Source: Nitrososphaerota archaeon (GTDB lineage Archaea > Thermoproteota > EX4484-205 > JAAOZP01). Taken from it: DNA of 64,000 nt. The notes under the pieces are model-generated. The model saw nothing but the letters and a program-made list of their open reading frames with translations, was not told where the DNA came from and searched no databases. The position numbers and the translations under genes were made by a program. Positions 50,417 to 60,467 of the stretch are shown here, one piece after another. How positions within the stretch are numbered: position 1 is the first letter of the stretch; each line of letters begins with the position of its first letter. The stretch covers positions 76,141 through 140,140 of the forward strand of contig JAAOZP010000014.1 in the NCBI GenBank assembly GCA_011605725.1. The letters are read 5' to 3'.

Positions 50417-50653
50417 TATTTAAGTTTTAGACTTTGGATTAAGGATTCAAGCTTCAAGCCTCATTAGTTCCCACACCATAAAGATTTAGTGGCCTGGTTG
50501 AAGCAGTGGAACGTGAACCAGAATAGTTTCCCAAGCTTCTGTAAGCATTAGGATCCTTTATTAGCACGCGCCTAGAAGTGTTGCAGTAGAAAATGGGTTA
50601 GCGTGCTACTTACGATTACAGCATATGCTAGTTTCTGCCTCTGAGAAATCTGT

Positions 50654-51304
50654 CTATTCTCGGAAAAGTTTCGATAAAACCCTGCCTTTAAGCGTTAATC
50701 CCGCGATCCTCTCCTTACTAACTCTCTTGGAAGCTACGACACCGTTCTCCTCCATCCGCTTTAAAACCCTATGCATCGTAGAGACGGAGACCCTAAGCCT
50801 CTTTGCCAGTTCGCTTAACGACACTTCCTCTCCGTTTGCCAACATGCTCAGAACCATGACCTCCCTGTTACTGAAATCAGGATACTGCATCCACACTTTC
50901 GGAATACTAAGGTCAACCTTATCCTCAGTCCTAATTTCCAAATCCAAATCGCTAATCCTTAGAAGAGTCAATGCTAGAAGCACCTCAGCCACTAGTATCC
51001 TCATTCCTCCGCTTAAGTTAACGATCAGCCTCCTGCCTTCTTTAGCCTCACTGTTAATCCGTTTAGCCAAAAAAGCTATTGCCTCCACCGGGTCGTAAAC
51101 AGGAACCTGAATATCATGAACATTCACGCCAGGGACAAACCTTGAAACAAAACCTTTAACCTCATTAATCGCCTCCTTAGACCTCTCATCCCTCTTCTCC
51201 GGAGAAAGTAGAATTATCCTATCTCCTTTCGAAAGACCATGCTTCAATAAAGCGGAGGCTATGGGCCACTCGGTCCAGCCTATAGTTGCTATGAAAGTCC
51301 TCAT
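50654..51304 (-). CDS. csa3: CRISPR-associated regulator Csa3 (CARF plus wHTH)
   Basis: MRTFIATIG, NLSGGMR, C-terminal HTH; divergent from the Cascade operon. Confidence 0.9.
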   Translation of the reverse strand: MRTFIATIGWTEWPIASALLKHGLSKGDRIILLSPEKRDERSKEAINEVKGFVSRFVPGVNVHDIQVPVYDPVEAIAFLAKRINSEAKEGRRLIVNLSGGMRILVAEVLLALTLLRISDLDLEIRTEDKVDLSIPKVWMQYPDFSNREVMVLSMLANGEEVSLSELAKRLRVSVSTMHRVLKRMEENGVVASKRVSKERIAGLTLKGRVLSKLFRE

Positions 51305-51434
51305 GACATTAAGGAAAGATCGCCAGGTAAATAAATGTTTTACTTTTAACGGGAACGTTTTCATATAAAAGAAAAAGTTTTCTTAGATACGATAAAGTAT
51401 AAATACCTCTGTTCTACATTAAAATAAACAGAAA

Positions 51435-51809
51435 ATGATGTCACCCCCGTATAGAAGTGTCCCGGAACTTCTTGCAGTTCTAATAGCTGAAAACGAAAGC
51501 TATACCTACGTCGATAAGCTTGGATATGCTCCGTCAAAAGACCTAGCATTATACTATTTGAGAGAAGCCTTGAGAGATTTCCACTCTATTTCTAAAAAGC
51601 CGGAATCCCAATGGAGTAGTGAAAAGGCAAAAAACAAGGCGAAGGAAATAGACATGGAAAGGGCAATTACTGAATTAGAGAAAATAAAGAAGGTTAGTAG
51701 CATCAAAGATTTAAGGGAGGAAATATCCTTCATCACAGCCAAGGCCTTGGCCCTGGCGGCCACATTAGCAAAAACAGAAACGAGTAGTGGAAAACAAACT
51801 GGAGGATGA
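51435..51809 (+). CDS. csa5: Type I-A small subunit Csa5 (Cas11)
   Basis: YTYVDKLGYAPSKDL...EALR; first gene of the Cascade operon. Confidence 0.8.
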   Translation: MMSPPYRSVPELLAVLIAENESYTYVDKLGYAPSKDLALYYLREALRDFHSISKKPESQWSSEKAKNKAKEIDMERAITELEKIKKVSSIKDLREEISFITAKALALAATLAKTETSSGKQTGG

Positions 51810-53071
51810 TCTTGATGAGTAACATCTTCCTATCTATAAGAGGAAGAATCCTGGTGAATGTTGAAGCATTAAACATGACTGAAAGCGTTGGAAACTACGT
51901 TAAGCATAGAAGAGTACCAGTAATAATGCCTGGAACATACACTACTTATTTCGTTCCTGCAGTAAGCGGGGAATCAATAGCTCACGGATACCAAGCAGTA
52001 CTGGCTGAAGAAGCAGAAAAGAATGGAATACCAGTGTGCAATTTATGCAAAAAGGGGTATTTTCTAAAAAGTACAAACGATAAGGTATTTGAAAGCTCTT
52101 TTGGCATTAAACCACCGGATAGTGAGGCAGATTTTGAAAGGACAGTAATAAGCAAATGTTTAGTAGAGGATGTAGGTGGTTTTCTCTATGCGCCAAGAGC
52201 TGGAGGAAAAAATGTGAAAAGAACATCTAATTTCTTCGTTGGATATATGATACCAACAAAAGAATCGCTTGAAGGAACAGTAATAGAACCTCAACTTCAC
52301 TCTCGATATGCTCTAGGAACCCCATTTGTCGAAAGAGAACAAATGGGCCAAATGTTATATTACGTAGAACTTTCTTCAGCAGTATACGCTTTCAGCTTTG
52401 ACTTGGATTCTAAATTTATAGGGAGAACTACGTTTGTTTTAGAAAAAGCTGGAGAACCAGTAACATTTCGACAAGGAGATAGTAGAGAAAAAAGAATAAG
52501 TGTTTCGATTAATGCCGTGTCAAACTTTCTACGGGAAACGCTGTTCGGAGCGAAGAGAACAAGGTTCTTACCAGTTGTCGATTGGGAGTCTATGATAATG
52601 GCATTAAGCGACGATGTTTGGACAACACCAAGCCCGTTCACAACCAATTATACAGAAAACTCGTTAAGAAAGCTAGAGAAAACTAATGAGAATACAAAGC
52701 TTTTCGTATACATTAATCCTACCCTTCTTGAAGATACAAGTGTATACGTGAAGAAGAAAACTGAGGAGCTGCTTAACAATTTCTATGAAGCTTTGGAAGA
52801 CTTTAAGAAAAGGCTTGAAGAAAAAGGCGATGTGAACATAGTGAACTGGCAGGAGTTTAAGAAGAAAAAGCTTGAAGAATTTCTAGATAGAAAGGTTAAT
52901 GAGCTCGTTGAATCCGGTGATTTGAAATATGTTTCTAAAGTCCAGAAGAAGTATGCAGACTTTATAGAAACGGCTAAGGGGAAGGAAAATAAAGTTAAGA
53001 TCTATTACAATTTTGAAGAATGTGTAAAAGAAGCTGTGGAAGAAGCAAAAAGTAGAGTCAGTAAAGAATAA
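51806..53071 (+). CDS. cas7: Type I-A Cas7 (Csa2) with extra C-terminal helical segment
   Basis: NVEALN..ESVGNY.KHR, VPAVSGES..HGYQ, EDVGGF, KRTS. Confidence 0.92.
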   Translation: MILMSNIFLSIRGRILVNVEALNMTESVGNYVKHRRVPVIMPGTYTTYFVPAVSGESIAHGYQAVLAEEAEKNGIPVCNLCKKGYFLKSTNDKVFESSFGIKPPDSEADFERTVISKCLVEDVGGFLYAPRAGGKNVKRTSNFFVGYMIPTKESLEGTVIEPQLHSRYALGTPFVEREQMGQMLYYVELSSAVYAFSFDLDSKFIGRTTFVLEKAGEPVTFRQGDSREKRISVSINAVSNFLRETLFGAKRTRFLPVVDWESMIMALSDDVWTTPSPFTTNYTENSLRKLEKTNENTKLFVYINPTLLEDTSVYVKKKTEELLNNFYEALEDFKKRLEEKGDVNIVNWQEFKKKKLEEFLDRKVNELVESGDLKYVSKVQKKYADFIETAKGKENKVKIYYNFEECVKEAVEEAKSRVSKE

Positions 53072-53074
53072 ACT

Positions 53075-53905
53075 ATGTTCGGCATCATAGTAGATACAGA
53101 ATTTGCTTGGGGCTTTCAAGCTAGAGTAGTAGGATTATCTAAAACAACACCCTCATTCTACTATCCACCTCCAACAACATTCCTAGGAGCCATAGCGGAA
53201 GCAATAGCGAGAAAGTCATGTTTGGGAGAGGATAAAGGAAAAAAGATTGCAATAATGTTGGGAGAAAAAGTCTTAGCATTGGGCATTAGACCAATAAACT
53301 GTATTCCAATAAAATATTCCGATATAAATCGAATAATCTCAATCAGAATATTAGGAGAACTTGGACTTGTTCCAGATCCTAGAGATTTCACAAAGTCTTT
53401 CGATTCCCCTGCTAGAGGAAAAACTTTGATGATGAGTTACGATGACAATCCCCCGGTATTAAGGTGGCTCTTAGTATTAGATGATAATAAGTTAAGTTTT
53501 AACGGAAAGACATTTTCACTTTTAGATAAAAAATATTTTTGGGCAATACATAGGTTAGGCTCAAAGGAAAGCAGAGTTTCCGTTTTAAATGTAGGTGTTG
53601 TTGAAAACATAGAAGAAAATTTTGGAATGATAGTAACAAAATATAGCTTCCCCATGGTTGATGGAGTTACTCCTGAGGAACAGCTCCAAGTCAGATGGAT
53701 GTATGAAATTTATACTGATCCGCGTAAGTTAGGATATGATAAGACAGAAAATCCTCTTGTCAGTTATATGATGGGAGAAAACCTTGTTACTTACAGTATA
53801 CCGATAAAAGAGACAGGAGACCCTGAATTCAGAATAAAAGTAAGCAAACCAGCAGTCGCGTATAAGATTAGAGACGAATACGTAGTAGGATGGGAGAAAC
53901 AATGA
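53075..53905 (+). CDS. cas5: Type I-A Cas5
   Basis: WGFQAR, PPPTTFLGA, LGSKES. Confidence 0.92.
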   Translation: MFGIIVDTEFAWGFQARVVGLSKTTPSFYYPPPTTFLGAIAEAIARKSCLGEDKGKKIAIMLGEKVLALGIRPINCIPIKYSDINRIISIRILGELGLVPDPRDFTKSFDSPARGKTLMMSYDDNPPVLRWLLVLDDNKLSFNGKTFSLLDKKYFWAIHRLGSKESRVSVLNVGVVENIEENFGMIVTKYSFPMVDGVTPEEQLQVRWMYEIYTDPRKLGYDKTENPLVSYMMGENLVTYSIPIKETGDPEFRIKVSKPAVAYKIRDEYVVGWEKQ

Positions 53906-55083
53906 CGCTCTTGGAGTTGAAAATTCCTATAGACTCAACCTTTTTGAGTCATACAATCTATGAAGGAATCTTATTTTCCATTTCCTCCTCGAACACTAAT
54001 ACTTTTTCAGCCAAAGAAGTACATTTTTCCAAAGACTTTTTAAAAAAGGCATATAAATCTTTGGAAGATGAGAGAATTGATAAAATAACGATTATTTTTA
54101 CAGGAAACGATAAAATAGAAACTCTTTTGGAAACACTAAAAATAAGTGAAAAACCTAAGAAAACTTTTAGAGGACTTATAAAAGTTATTAAAAACAACGA
54201 TACAAGGATCCCTGAACCTGATAATATTAAATTGTTATTAAAATTAGAAAAAAAGAACATGCTTATTGACTCTGATAGGAAAGTTTGTTTAGCGGCCCCA
54301 CAGCTTTTCAAAGTAGACAGATATACTGGGATATCTTCTTTTGAGACTAAATTAATATCGGAACAACTTGGACTTAGAATGTCTCCTGAAACTATACTTC
54401 TAAGTCTTTTAGGTACATATTCTTCCCATGTCACTACTGTAAGAGGGCAGGAAAACGTTTATCATTACTTTCTCTTTTTCGCCCCAGAGGAGGTGGTGTC
54501 TCTTCTCAATAATGGTGATCTGGGACAACTTAACGTTTATCTTACTATGAAGGAAGAAATAATGGAAGGACTTGTTGATATTCTTAGCAGTTCAATAGTC
54601 AACGAGTTTCTTCTGTTAGAAATAATGCTAAACACGAAATTCCTAGAAAGTATGAGGAAAAAGGGTTTAGATAAAATAGGGCTTATTCTGTTTAAGGTTT
54701 CTCCTGAAGGCCAAACTTATAAGATATATGAAATCATTCCGATAACTCTCTACAAGGAACCGGCTTTTTATGATATTCTCGCCAAAAAGACTAGAAACGC
54801 TGATAAAATTTGTGAAATTCTATCAAGTGTGCTCTCCTCCGGTGAAACGATAGCCAACGCTTTAAAGTCTTTTAATACGAGGAATAAGTTTGATGAGGCA
54901 GACGAAATATTGAAAGGAGTTTTAAGTCTCTACAGGTTTGTAGTGTTAGCGGATGTTCAGGGACTATATGATTTCCTCCATTACTTAAAGAACGCTTGCA
55001 AAATACTTGAAGCTAAGAATCCAAATAATCCGAGAATAAAATCCTATCTTCGAATCCAAAGAGAACTCGCATACTTTATATGA
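53890..55083 (+). CDS. cas8a: Type I-A large subunit Cas8a (Csa4/CsaX-like)
   Basis: Size and position between cas5 and cas3; PQLFK.DRY and EGQTYK motifs. Confidence 0.7.
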   Translation: MGETMTLLELKIPIDSTFLSHTIYEGILFSISSSNTNTFSAKEVHFSKDFLKKAYKSLEDERIDKITIIFTGNDKIETLLETLKISEKPKKTFRGLIKVIKNNDTRIPEPDNIKLLLKLEKKNMLIDSDRKVCLAAPQLFKVDRYTGISSFETKLISEQLGLRMSPETILLSLLGTYSSHVTTVRGQENVYHYFLFFAPEEVVSLLNNGDLGQLNVYLTMKEEIMEGLVDILSSSIVNEFLLLEIMLNTKFLESMRKKGLDKIGLILFKVSPEGQTYKIYEIIPITLYKEPAFYDILAKKTRNADKICEILSSVLSSGETIANALKSFNTRNKFDEADEILKGVLSLYRFVVLADVQGLYDFLHYLKNACKILEAKNPNNPRIKSYLRIQRELAYFI

Positions 55084-56796
55084 GTGGCAATGATTTGTTT
55101 AGAACCATATTTTAACGCTGTACTAAATTCTCTTACTGAAAAGGAAGAGAGACCCTTTCTTAGGCACGTTATAGAATATGCTGAGAAATATCCTTTTATC
55201 GTTGTGGAGGCTCCTACCGGTTATGGTAAATCTGTAATATCGCAAACAGTCGCTTTATATTCCTTAGCCAATGGATTGAAATCGATAATAGCTTTCCCCC
55301 TTAGAGTTTTACTTGAAGACCAATTATCTAAATTTAGAAAACTACTTTCAAAGCTTTCAATAAGAGGAGACCTTATCGGTGCCAGATATATGGGTTATGC
55401 TGGGTCAAAGTATTTAATTAAACCCATTACGTTAACTACGGTAGATACTCTTTCAATGACTCTTTTCGGTATACCTCCAGAAGATATAGAAAAAGCTTTC
55501 AAGTATTGGGATGGTACTTCTACCAGAAGCTTAGGGCATTATCTCTTCTCCCGAACATCCGTTCTTCTTTCTGATGTCGTGCTGGATGAAGTTCATCTTT
55601 TAGCCGATTCAACTAAATCACTTAATTTCTTAATAGCCCTTATGAGGATAATTGCATCCCATGGGCAAAGATTGATCTTCATGTCTGCAACAATTCCAAA
55701 ACAGCTTGAAAAAGTTATAGAAGAAAACACGAGTGATCTTAACGTCAGGTTCGTAAAGTTTTCTGAAAATCCGGATGAACATTTTCTTAGTCAACGAAAG
55801 AACAAAAAGTATGACATTACTTTAGAAAAAATGAAAGAAGAAAAACTCGATAAGATTTTAGAATGGCTCAGAGATAATATTAAAGAATTTCGGAAAGCTA
55901 TTGTTATATTCAATACTGTTGAAGATGCAATAAGGTTTTATAACAAGTGTAAAAATGAATTGGATTTCCCGAAAGACAGAATTATCCTTCTTCATTCCAG
56001 ATTTACTAAAAACGATAGAGAAAATAAAATAAAGCTTTTAGAAAAGGTTACCAAAAACAAGCTTGCAACCGATGAATATGTAATAATATCTACTCAAGTG
56101 ATAGAGGCTGGCATAGATATCTCTTCAAACCTTTTCATAACTGAGATTGCTCCTGCTAATTCACTTATTCAAAGGCTTGGTAGGTTTCTACGCTACAAAG
56201 AAGAGAGTGGACGTGTTCTAATATGGTATGAACCGCTCAGCGAGAATGAAGAGTATTATAAGGGAGTTTATAAAGCAGATTTCATTAGAAAAACTGTCGA
56301 CTTTCTTGAAAGTAAAGGGTGTATGAACATCCATATTCCAAGTGAATATGAACAGCTTTTAAATGAAGTCTATGACGGAGATTCATTCGTCGTGAAACAA
56401 AAAGAGGTAAGAGATTTAACCCTAATACCATACATTTTAGAAACCCCGGAAAAGGCTATAGAGAAATTTGTAGAATTAGAAGGAAGCTTCATAAGAGAGG
56501 ATCTTATTGTCCCGTCGCTTCCTTCAAGTATATGGAGAGAAGACTTGACATTAGAAAAAATAGAAGACTTCATAATCCCCATTAACTTTTCAATGATTAA
56601 AAAGATTTGTCCTAGAGAAGAGATTGTTATTTCAGAGAAAGATCAAAAAATGGTAGTAGAAAAAAGACAGATAAATTTTTCAATAAACAATAGTATAAAG
56701 ACTCTTAGACACGTAATGTCTTCCGATTTCGTAGCTTTTATTGTCGAAGGAGAATATTCTGATGAACTGGGTTTGGAGGTAAGACGGAGTGAGTAA
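55084..56796 (+). CDS. cas3: Cas3' helicase
   Basis: APTGYGKS, DEVH, MSAT, HSRF, TQVIEAG.D, QRLGR. Confidence 0.95.
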   Translation: MAMICLEPYFNAVLNSLTEKEERPFLRHVIEYAEKYPFIVVEAPTGYGKSVISQTVALYSLANGLKSIIAFPLRVLLEDQLSKFRKLLSKLSIRGDLIGARYMGYAGSKYLIKPITLTTVDTLSMTLFGIPPEDIEKAFKYWDGTSTRSLGHYLFSRTSVLLSDVVLDEVHLLADSTKSLNFLIALMRIIASHGQRLIFMSATIPKQLEKVIEENTSDLNVRFVKFSENPDEHFLSQRKNKKYDITLEKMKEEKLDKILEWLRDNIKEFRKAIVIFNTVEDAIRFYNKCKNELDFPKDRIILLHSRFTKNDRENKIKLLEKVTKNKLATDEYVIISTQVIEAGIDISSNLFITEIAPANSLIQRLGRFLRYKEESGRVLIWYEPLSENEEYYKGVYKADFIRKTVDFLESKGCMNIHIPSEYEQLLNEVYDGDSFVVKQKEVRDLTLIPYILETPEKAIEKFVELEGSFIREDLIVPSLPSSIWREDLTLEKIEDFIIPINFSMIKKICPREEIVISEKDQKMVVEKRQINFSINNSIKTLRHVMSSDFVAFIVEGEYSDELGLEVRRSE

Positions 56797-57601
56797 TAAG
56801 AAAATATTAAGCTATTGTGAAAGAAGGGGTCTTGACATAGTGTCAGAATATCTTGTAGACCATATTGTAACATGCTCAGAATTTTTAGGAGAGTTGAAAT
56901 CGTCAAAAATAGGAAGATTTTGCACATCCTTACATGAAGATTTTAGTGAAGCCATCAGACTATCCGTGTTCTTTCATGACATTGGGAAAGTCTTTTATCA
57001 ATATGGGAGAGGTAAAAGGTATATCGCCTTCACTGGTCATGAAATACTTTCGTTTTTTATGTTTAAAGAATTCGCTAAGAAGCTTAAAGAAAACCCTGAA
57101 ATAGATATAACTGCAGACACTGCTTTATTCTCTGTATTTTTCCATCACCATGCGATGGGTATTAAGCGGAGAGTCAATAATATTAAAAACCTTGATCCAC
57201 TAAAAAAGATAAGTTATAATGTCTTCCAAGATTTATTAAGCGACTTATCTCTAACGGTAGATCGATGTATTTCATCAGATGAATTCAAAATTCTTTCATC
57301 CGTAATTAACGAAATATCCGAAAAAATCTTTAATGGAAGTATCAACATTAACTATATAATAAGAGATTCCGAAGGAGGAATTTGCCAATTATGGGAAAAA
57401 ATTACAAGCAACGATGAGAATAGTATAAGGTTTAAGAAACTAGCCTACTCGGTGCTTTCCGTCCTCGTATGTGTAGATAATTTGTCCGCGCAGAAATTAA
57501 GAAAAAGTACGACTACAGGTTTCACAAAGATTCTCGAGGAATTCTACAATGACTATTTAAAAACGTGGGACATTAGCTTACCTACAAGCTTATTAACCTA
57601 A
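56789..57601 (+). CDS. cas3'': Cas3'' HD nuclease
   Basis: LVDH, FHDIGK, HE, HHH, D. Confidence 0.92.
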   Translation: MSNKKILSYCERRGLDIVSEYLVDHIVTCSEFLGELKSSKIGRFCTSLHEDFSEAIRLSVFFHDIGKVFYQYGRGKRYIAFTGHEILSFFMFKEFAKKLKENPEIDITADTALFSVFFHHHAMGIKRRVNNIKNLDPLKKISYNVFQDLLSDLSLTVDRCISSDEFKILSSVINEISEKIFNGSININYIIRDSEGGICQLWEKITSNDENSIRFKKLAYSVLSVLVCVDNLSAQKLRKSTTTGFTKILEEFYNDYLKTWDISLPTSLLT

Positions 57602-57621
57602 CGCCTAAGATTCTTTGAATC

Positions 57622-58515
57622 ATGAATTTAATTACTCTAACGCTCAAATTCTTCTTTTATAAAGGTTTTACGTTCAACTATTTCTCAGGCTATTACGTAA
57701 GGGGCTTCTTCTATTCGACTTTGAGAAATTCTAATCCCGAGCTTGCTGAGAAGATTCATAATTCCAAGGTGCTTGCCCCGTTTTCCTCCCGAACCATATT
57801 TTTAGAACAGCCTAATGGTAGACGGATAGTTTTTAACAAGGTTAGTAATCCTTCTCCAGCCTTTTTCGAGTACTCCATTTTCAACGAGGAAGTTTCAAGA
57901 AGTTTCCTTGAGCACGTTATTCAAGAAGGTTCTGTCACTCTGCTCAACGAGAAGTTTCCTTTAAGCCACATAGATATGCAAGAGATTGACTGGAACAGCT
58001 TTATAGAGTCTTCTAAGCCAGTTAAGAAATTCGACATAGTTTTTCTTACTCCTACCTACTTTAGGCTCCCACCAGTATTGCTTGACCGCTACGAGGCTAG
58101 GCTTGAGCTTGCAGGCGTTAAGGAAAAGGCTTCATACCGGTATTATCCTATTCCAGATCCCTCTCTCTTGATCAGGAGTATAGCGAAAATATGGAGAGCC
58201 TTCTCACCCATAAAGCTTAATCTCACAAGTCTAATATCTTGGGTTGGTGCTGGCGGTATCGCGGTATCAGGTTATCCCAGCGGAATAAGAACATACAGGC
58301 TTTACGAGCATGAGAAGGCTGATAAATGGGTCGTAGGATTCGTTGGCAGGGTTGGCTTCTCTGTTCCAAATGATCTCTTCAACGAGAGCCTTGCTAAGAA
58401 TCTAGATGCTCTACTCAGGTTTTCACGATTCTCTAACGTGGGCGGCGGCAGGACTGCAGGCCTCGGGATGGTTGAATACATACCTTTAGAATACGCTGAG
58501 GAGTCAAAAGGTTAG
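57622..58515 (+). CDS. cas6: Cas6 endoribonuclease
   Basis: FLTPT and C-terminal VGGGRTAGLG Gly-rich loop. Confidence 0.92.
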   Translation: MNLITLTLKFFFYKGFTFNYFSGYYVRGFFYSTLRNSNPELAEKIHNSKVLAPFSSRTIFLEQPNGRRIVFNKVSNPSPAFFEYSIFNEEVSRSFLEHVIQEGSVTLLNEKFPLSHIDMQEIDWNSFIESSKPVKKFDIVFLTPTYFRLPPVLLDRYEARLELAGVKEKASYRYYPIPDPSLLIRSIAKIWRAFSPIKLNLTSLISWVGAGGIAVSGYPSGIRTYRLYEHEKADKWVVGFVGRVGFSVPNDLFNESLAKNLDALLRFSRFSNVGGGRTAGLGMVEYIPLEYAEESKG

Positions 58516-59079
58516 ACAATAGTTTTTAAAACCGCAGTTCATACACCTGCTCTTAATAACCTTAACCTCAGGCTCTAACTCGTTATCTATGATTTCGCTT
58601 ATTTTCTTTATGATGCTCTTAGCCTCTTTCTTAAGGTCTTCACTTATCGATAAGACACATATGTTCTTTGACCTCAAGTAGTATACTGCTCCCCTTTTAA
58701 CAACAGTGTTAAAATTCTCTTCTATCAAAAGCGAATACGTAGCCATCTGTAGTGCATGATCCCTTTTTACGCTTTGAGAAGCCTCTGCCCACTTTATTTC
58801 AGCCGGCACGTATTCGTTAAACTTCGTTACAATAATATAGTCGATCTTACCCCTCATCTTCAATCTCTGGCTTTCCATTTCGACATCTTCCAAAACTCTA
58901 CTGGCTTTTAGAGAAGCTATTAAAGGCGCGATAATTGATTTGTCATGTTTCTCTCTTCCGAATTCCATATAGTCTGTAGTTCTCTCTTCAAGATGTAGAA
59001 CTCTAGATATGTAGATGATCTTTGGACAGTATACGAACCTCTTAACGTCCGTAGGTGTTAGAAAGTCTTCTTCCTCCAA
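58504..59079 (-). CDS. cas4: Cas4
   Basis: YCP, GKID, EIK, Q...Y, C..C.F...C. Confidence 0.92.
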   Translation of the reverse strand: MEEEDFLTPTDVKRFVYCPKIIYISRVLHLEERTTDYMEFGREKHDKSIIAPLIASLKASRVLEDVEMESQRLKMRGKIDYIIVTKFNEYVPAEIKWAEASQSVKRDHALQMATYSLLIEENFNTVVKRGAVYYLRSKNICVLSISEDLKKEAKSIIKKISEIIDNELEPEVKVIKSRCMNCGFKNYCLTF

Positions 59080-59080
59080 T

Positions 59081-59365
59081 TTAAGTTACTAACTCCTCCC
59101 CCTTATCGTAATCTATGTTTACCCCTATTATCTCCCTCTGGTTAAAGCTTGCCGGAGTCAAAGGATAAACCTGAATATTGACAGGTCCCTCCTTCGAAAG
59201 CCTCTTTAAGCCAGCTATAACTTCAACCCTTCTAGAATGCGACAGTGAGCCTGCAAAAGCACTCTTCTGAATCCTCTTAAGGCCCATGCCCTTAAGGAAA
59301 CTCGCTACTTTCTCCCTTAACTCATCTGAAGAAATATCGTAAATAACCAATGTTATTATCTCCAA
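59081..59365 (-). CDS. cas2: Cas2
   Basis: LVIYDIS, RIQKSAF. Confidence 0.93.
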   Translation of the reverse strand: MEIITLVIYDISSDELREKVASFLKGMGLKRIQKSAFAGSLSHSRRVEVIAGLKRLSKEGPVNIQVYPLTPASFNQREIIGVNIDYDKGEELVT

Positions 59366-59494
59366 CTTTAGGCTTGACTTTAGGTAGAGGAAAAATGTTT
59401 TTAAGTTTTATTTATTTGGCTTCAGAACGTTGAGGTTTAAACATATTCTGCAAATAAATATTTAAGCCTCCCCTTAACTTATAGGCTTAGAATA

Positions 59495-60430
59495 ATGGGG
59501 TTATTCCTGACAATAGATGATGCTGCAAAAATTTTCCAAAGGATTCAAATGTCAAAAATCGACGTTAGCGAAGAATTAAGAGGCTGGAAGTATTCGGACT
59601 ATCCAGTAAGGCCTCCGTCAAACTCGAAAATATCTGTAGGAGACCTAAGCCTAGAATTCTGTCAAACAGGAAGACTGTTCTTCCTAAGGTATGTTAAAAA
59701 AGCTAAGGAAGCAGAGAAACCGTTGTTGGCAAGAGGCAGGTATATTCACAGTATTTTCAATACTGCAATAACAACTGCGAAAAGAATCATATTGGGCGGG
59801 ACTGTTAAAGACAGCTCGTCATTTCTAATAAGTTTCCTAGATGAAGGCACAAAGATTAAACCGGCCCTTATTAAGGAATTCGGCCTACTTTCAAAATGGG
59901 AAGGTGAAGAAAAGCTTGAACGGATTTTTAACAAGATTTGGAGCATAGCTGCCAGCGCCTATTCCCACCAGCTTGATGAAACAGTCACAAGGTCTCCCTA
60001 CCTTTCTCTAGACGGTATTGTTTCAAACGTAGTTCCAATGGTGACAGAGTTCCCATTGGACGGTACTTACCTAGGCTTTCAGAAAAGCATTAGGGTTGAC
60101 GCATTACTTTTACCATTCCTAATAGTCGAGTTGAAAACAAGAGAGGTTAAGCAAGAGCATAAAATTGGCTTGACTGCTTACGCAATGGTTTTCGAATCCA
60201 TTTTCAACATACCGGTTGACTACGCTCTTATTTTAAACCTGAAGCTTGATAAAGAAGCCGAAGACATAAAGGTTTATGAAGAATTGGTTCCAATAACCGA
60301 CTCGCTAAGAACGATGATGATAGAAAGAAGAGATTCTGCATTAAGAATAATTGATGAAAACGTGGATCCTGGAAAACCAGATTACTGTAGTCGCGAATGC
60401 CCTTATTACGAAGTTTGCAGCAAGCTTTAG
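59495..60430 (+). CDS. csa1: Csa1 (type I-A Cas4-like protein)
   Basis: SEELRGW, C.TGR, RVDA, ELK, C...CPY...C. Confidence 0.9.
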   Translation: MGLFLTIDDAAKIFQRIQMSKIDVSEELRGWKYSDYPVRPPSNSKISVGDLSLEFCQTGRLFFLRYVKKAKEAEKPLLARGRYIHSIFNTAITTAKRIILGGTVKDSSSFLISFLDEGTKIKPALIKEFGLLSKWEGEEKLERIFNKIWSIAASAYSHQLDETVTRSPYLSLDGIVSNVVPMVTEFPLDGTYLGFQKSIRVDALLLPFLIVELKTREVKQEHKIGLTAYAMVFESIFNIPVDYALILNLKLDKEAEDIKVYEELVPITDSLRTMMIERRDSALRIIDENVDPGKPDYCSRECPYYEVCSKL

Positions 60431-60467
60431 ATTTAAATCATTCATACTGTAAACTTAAAAATTATCG

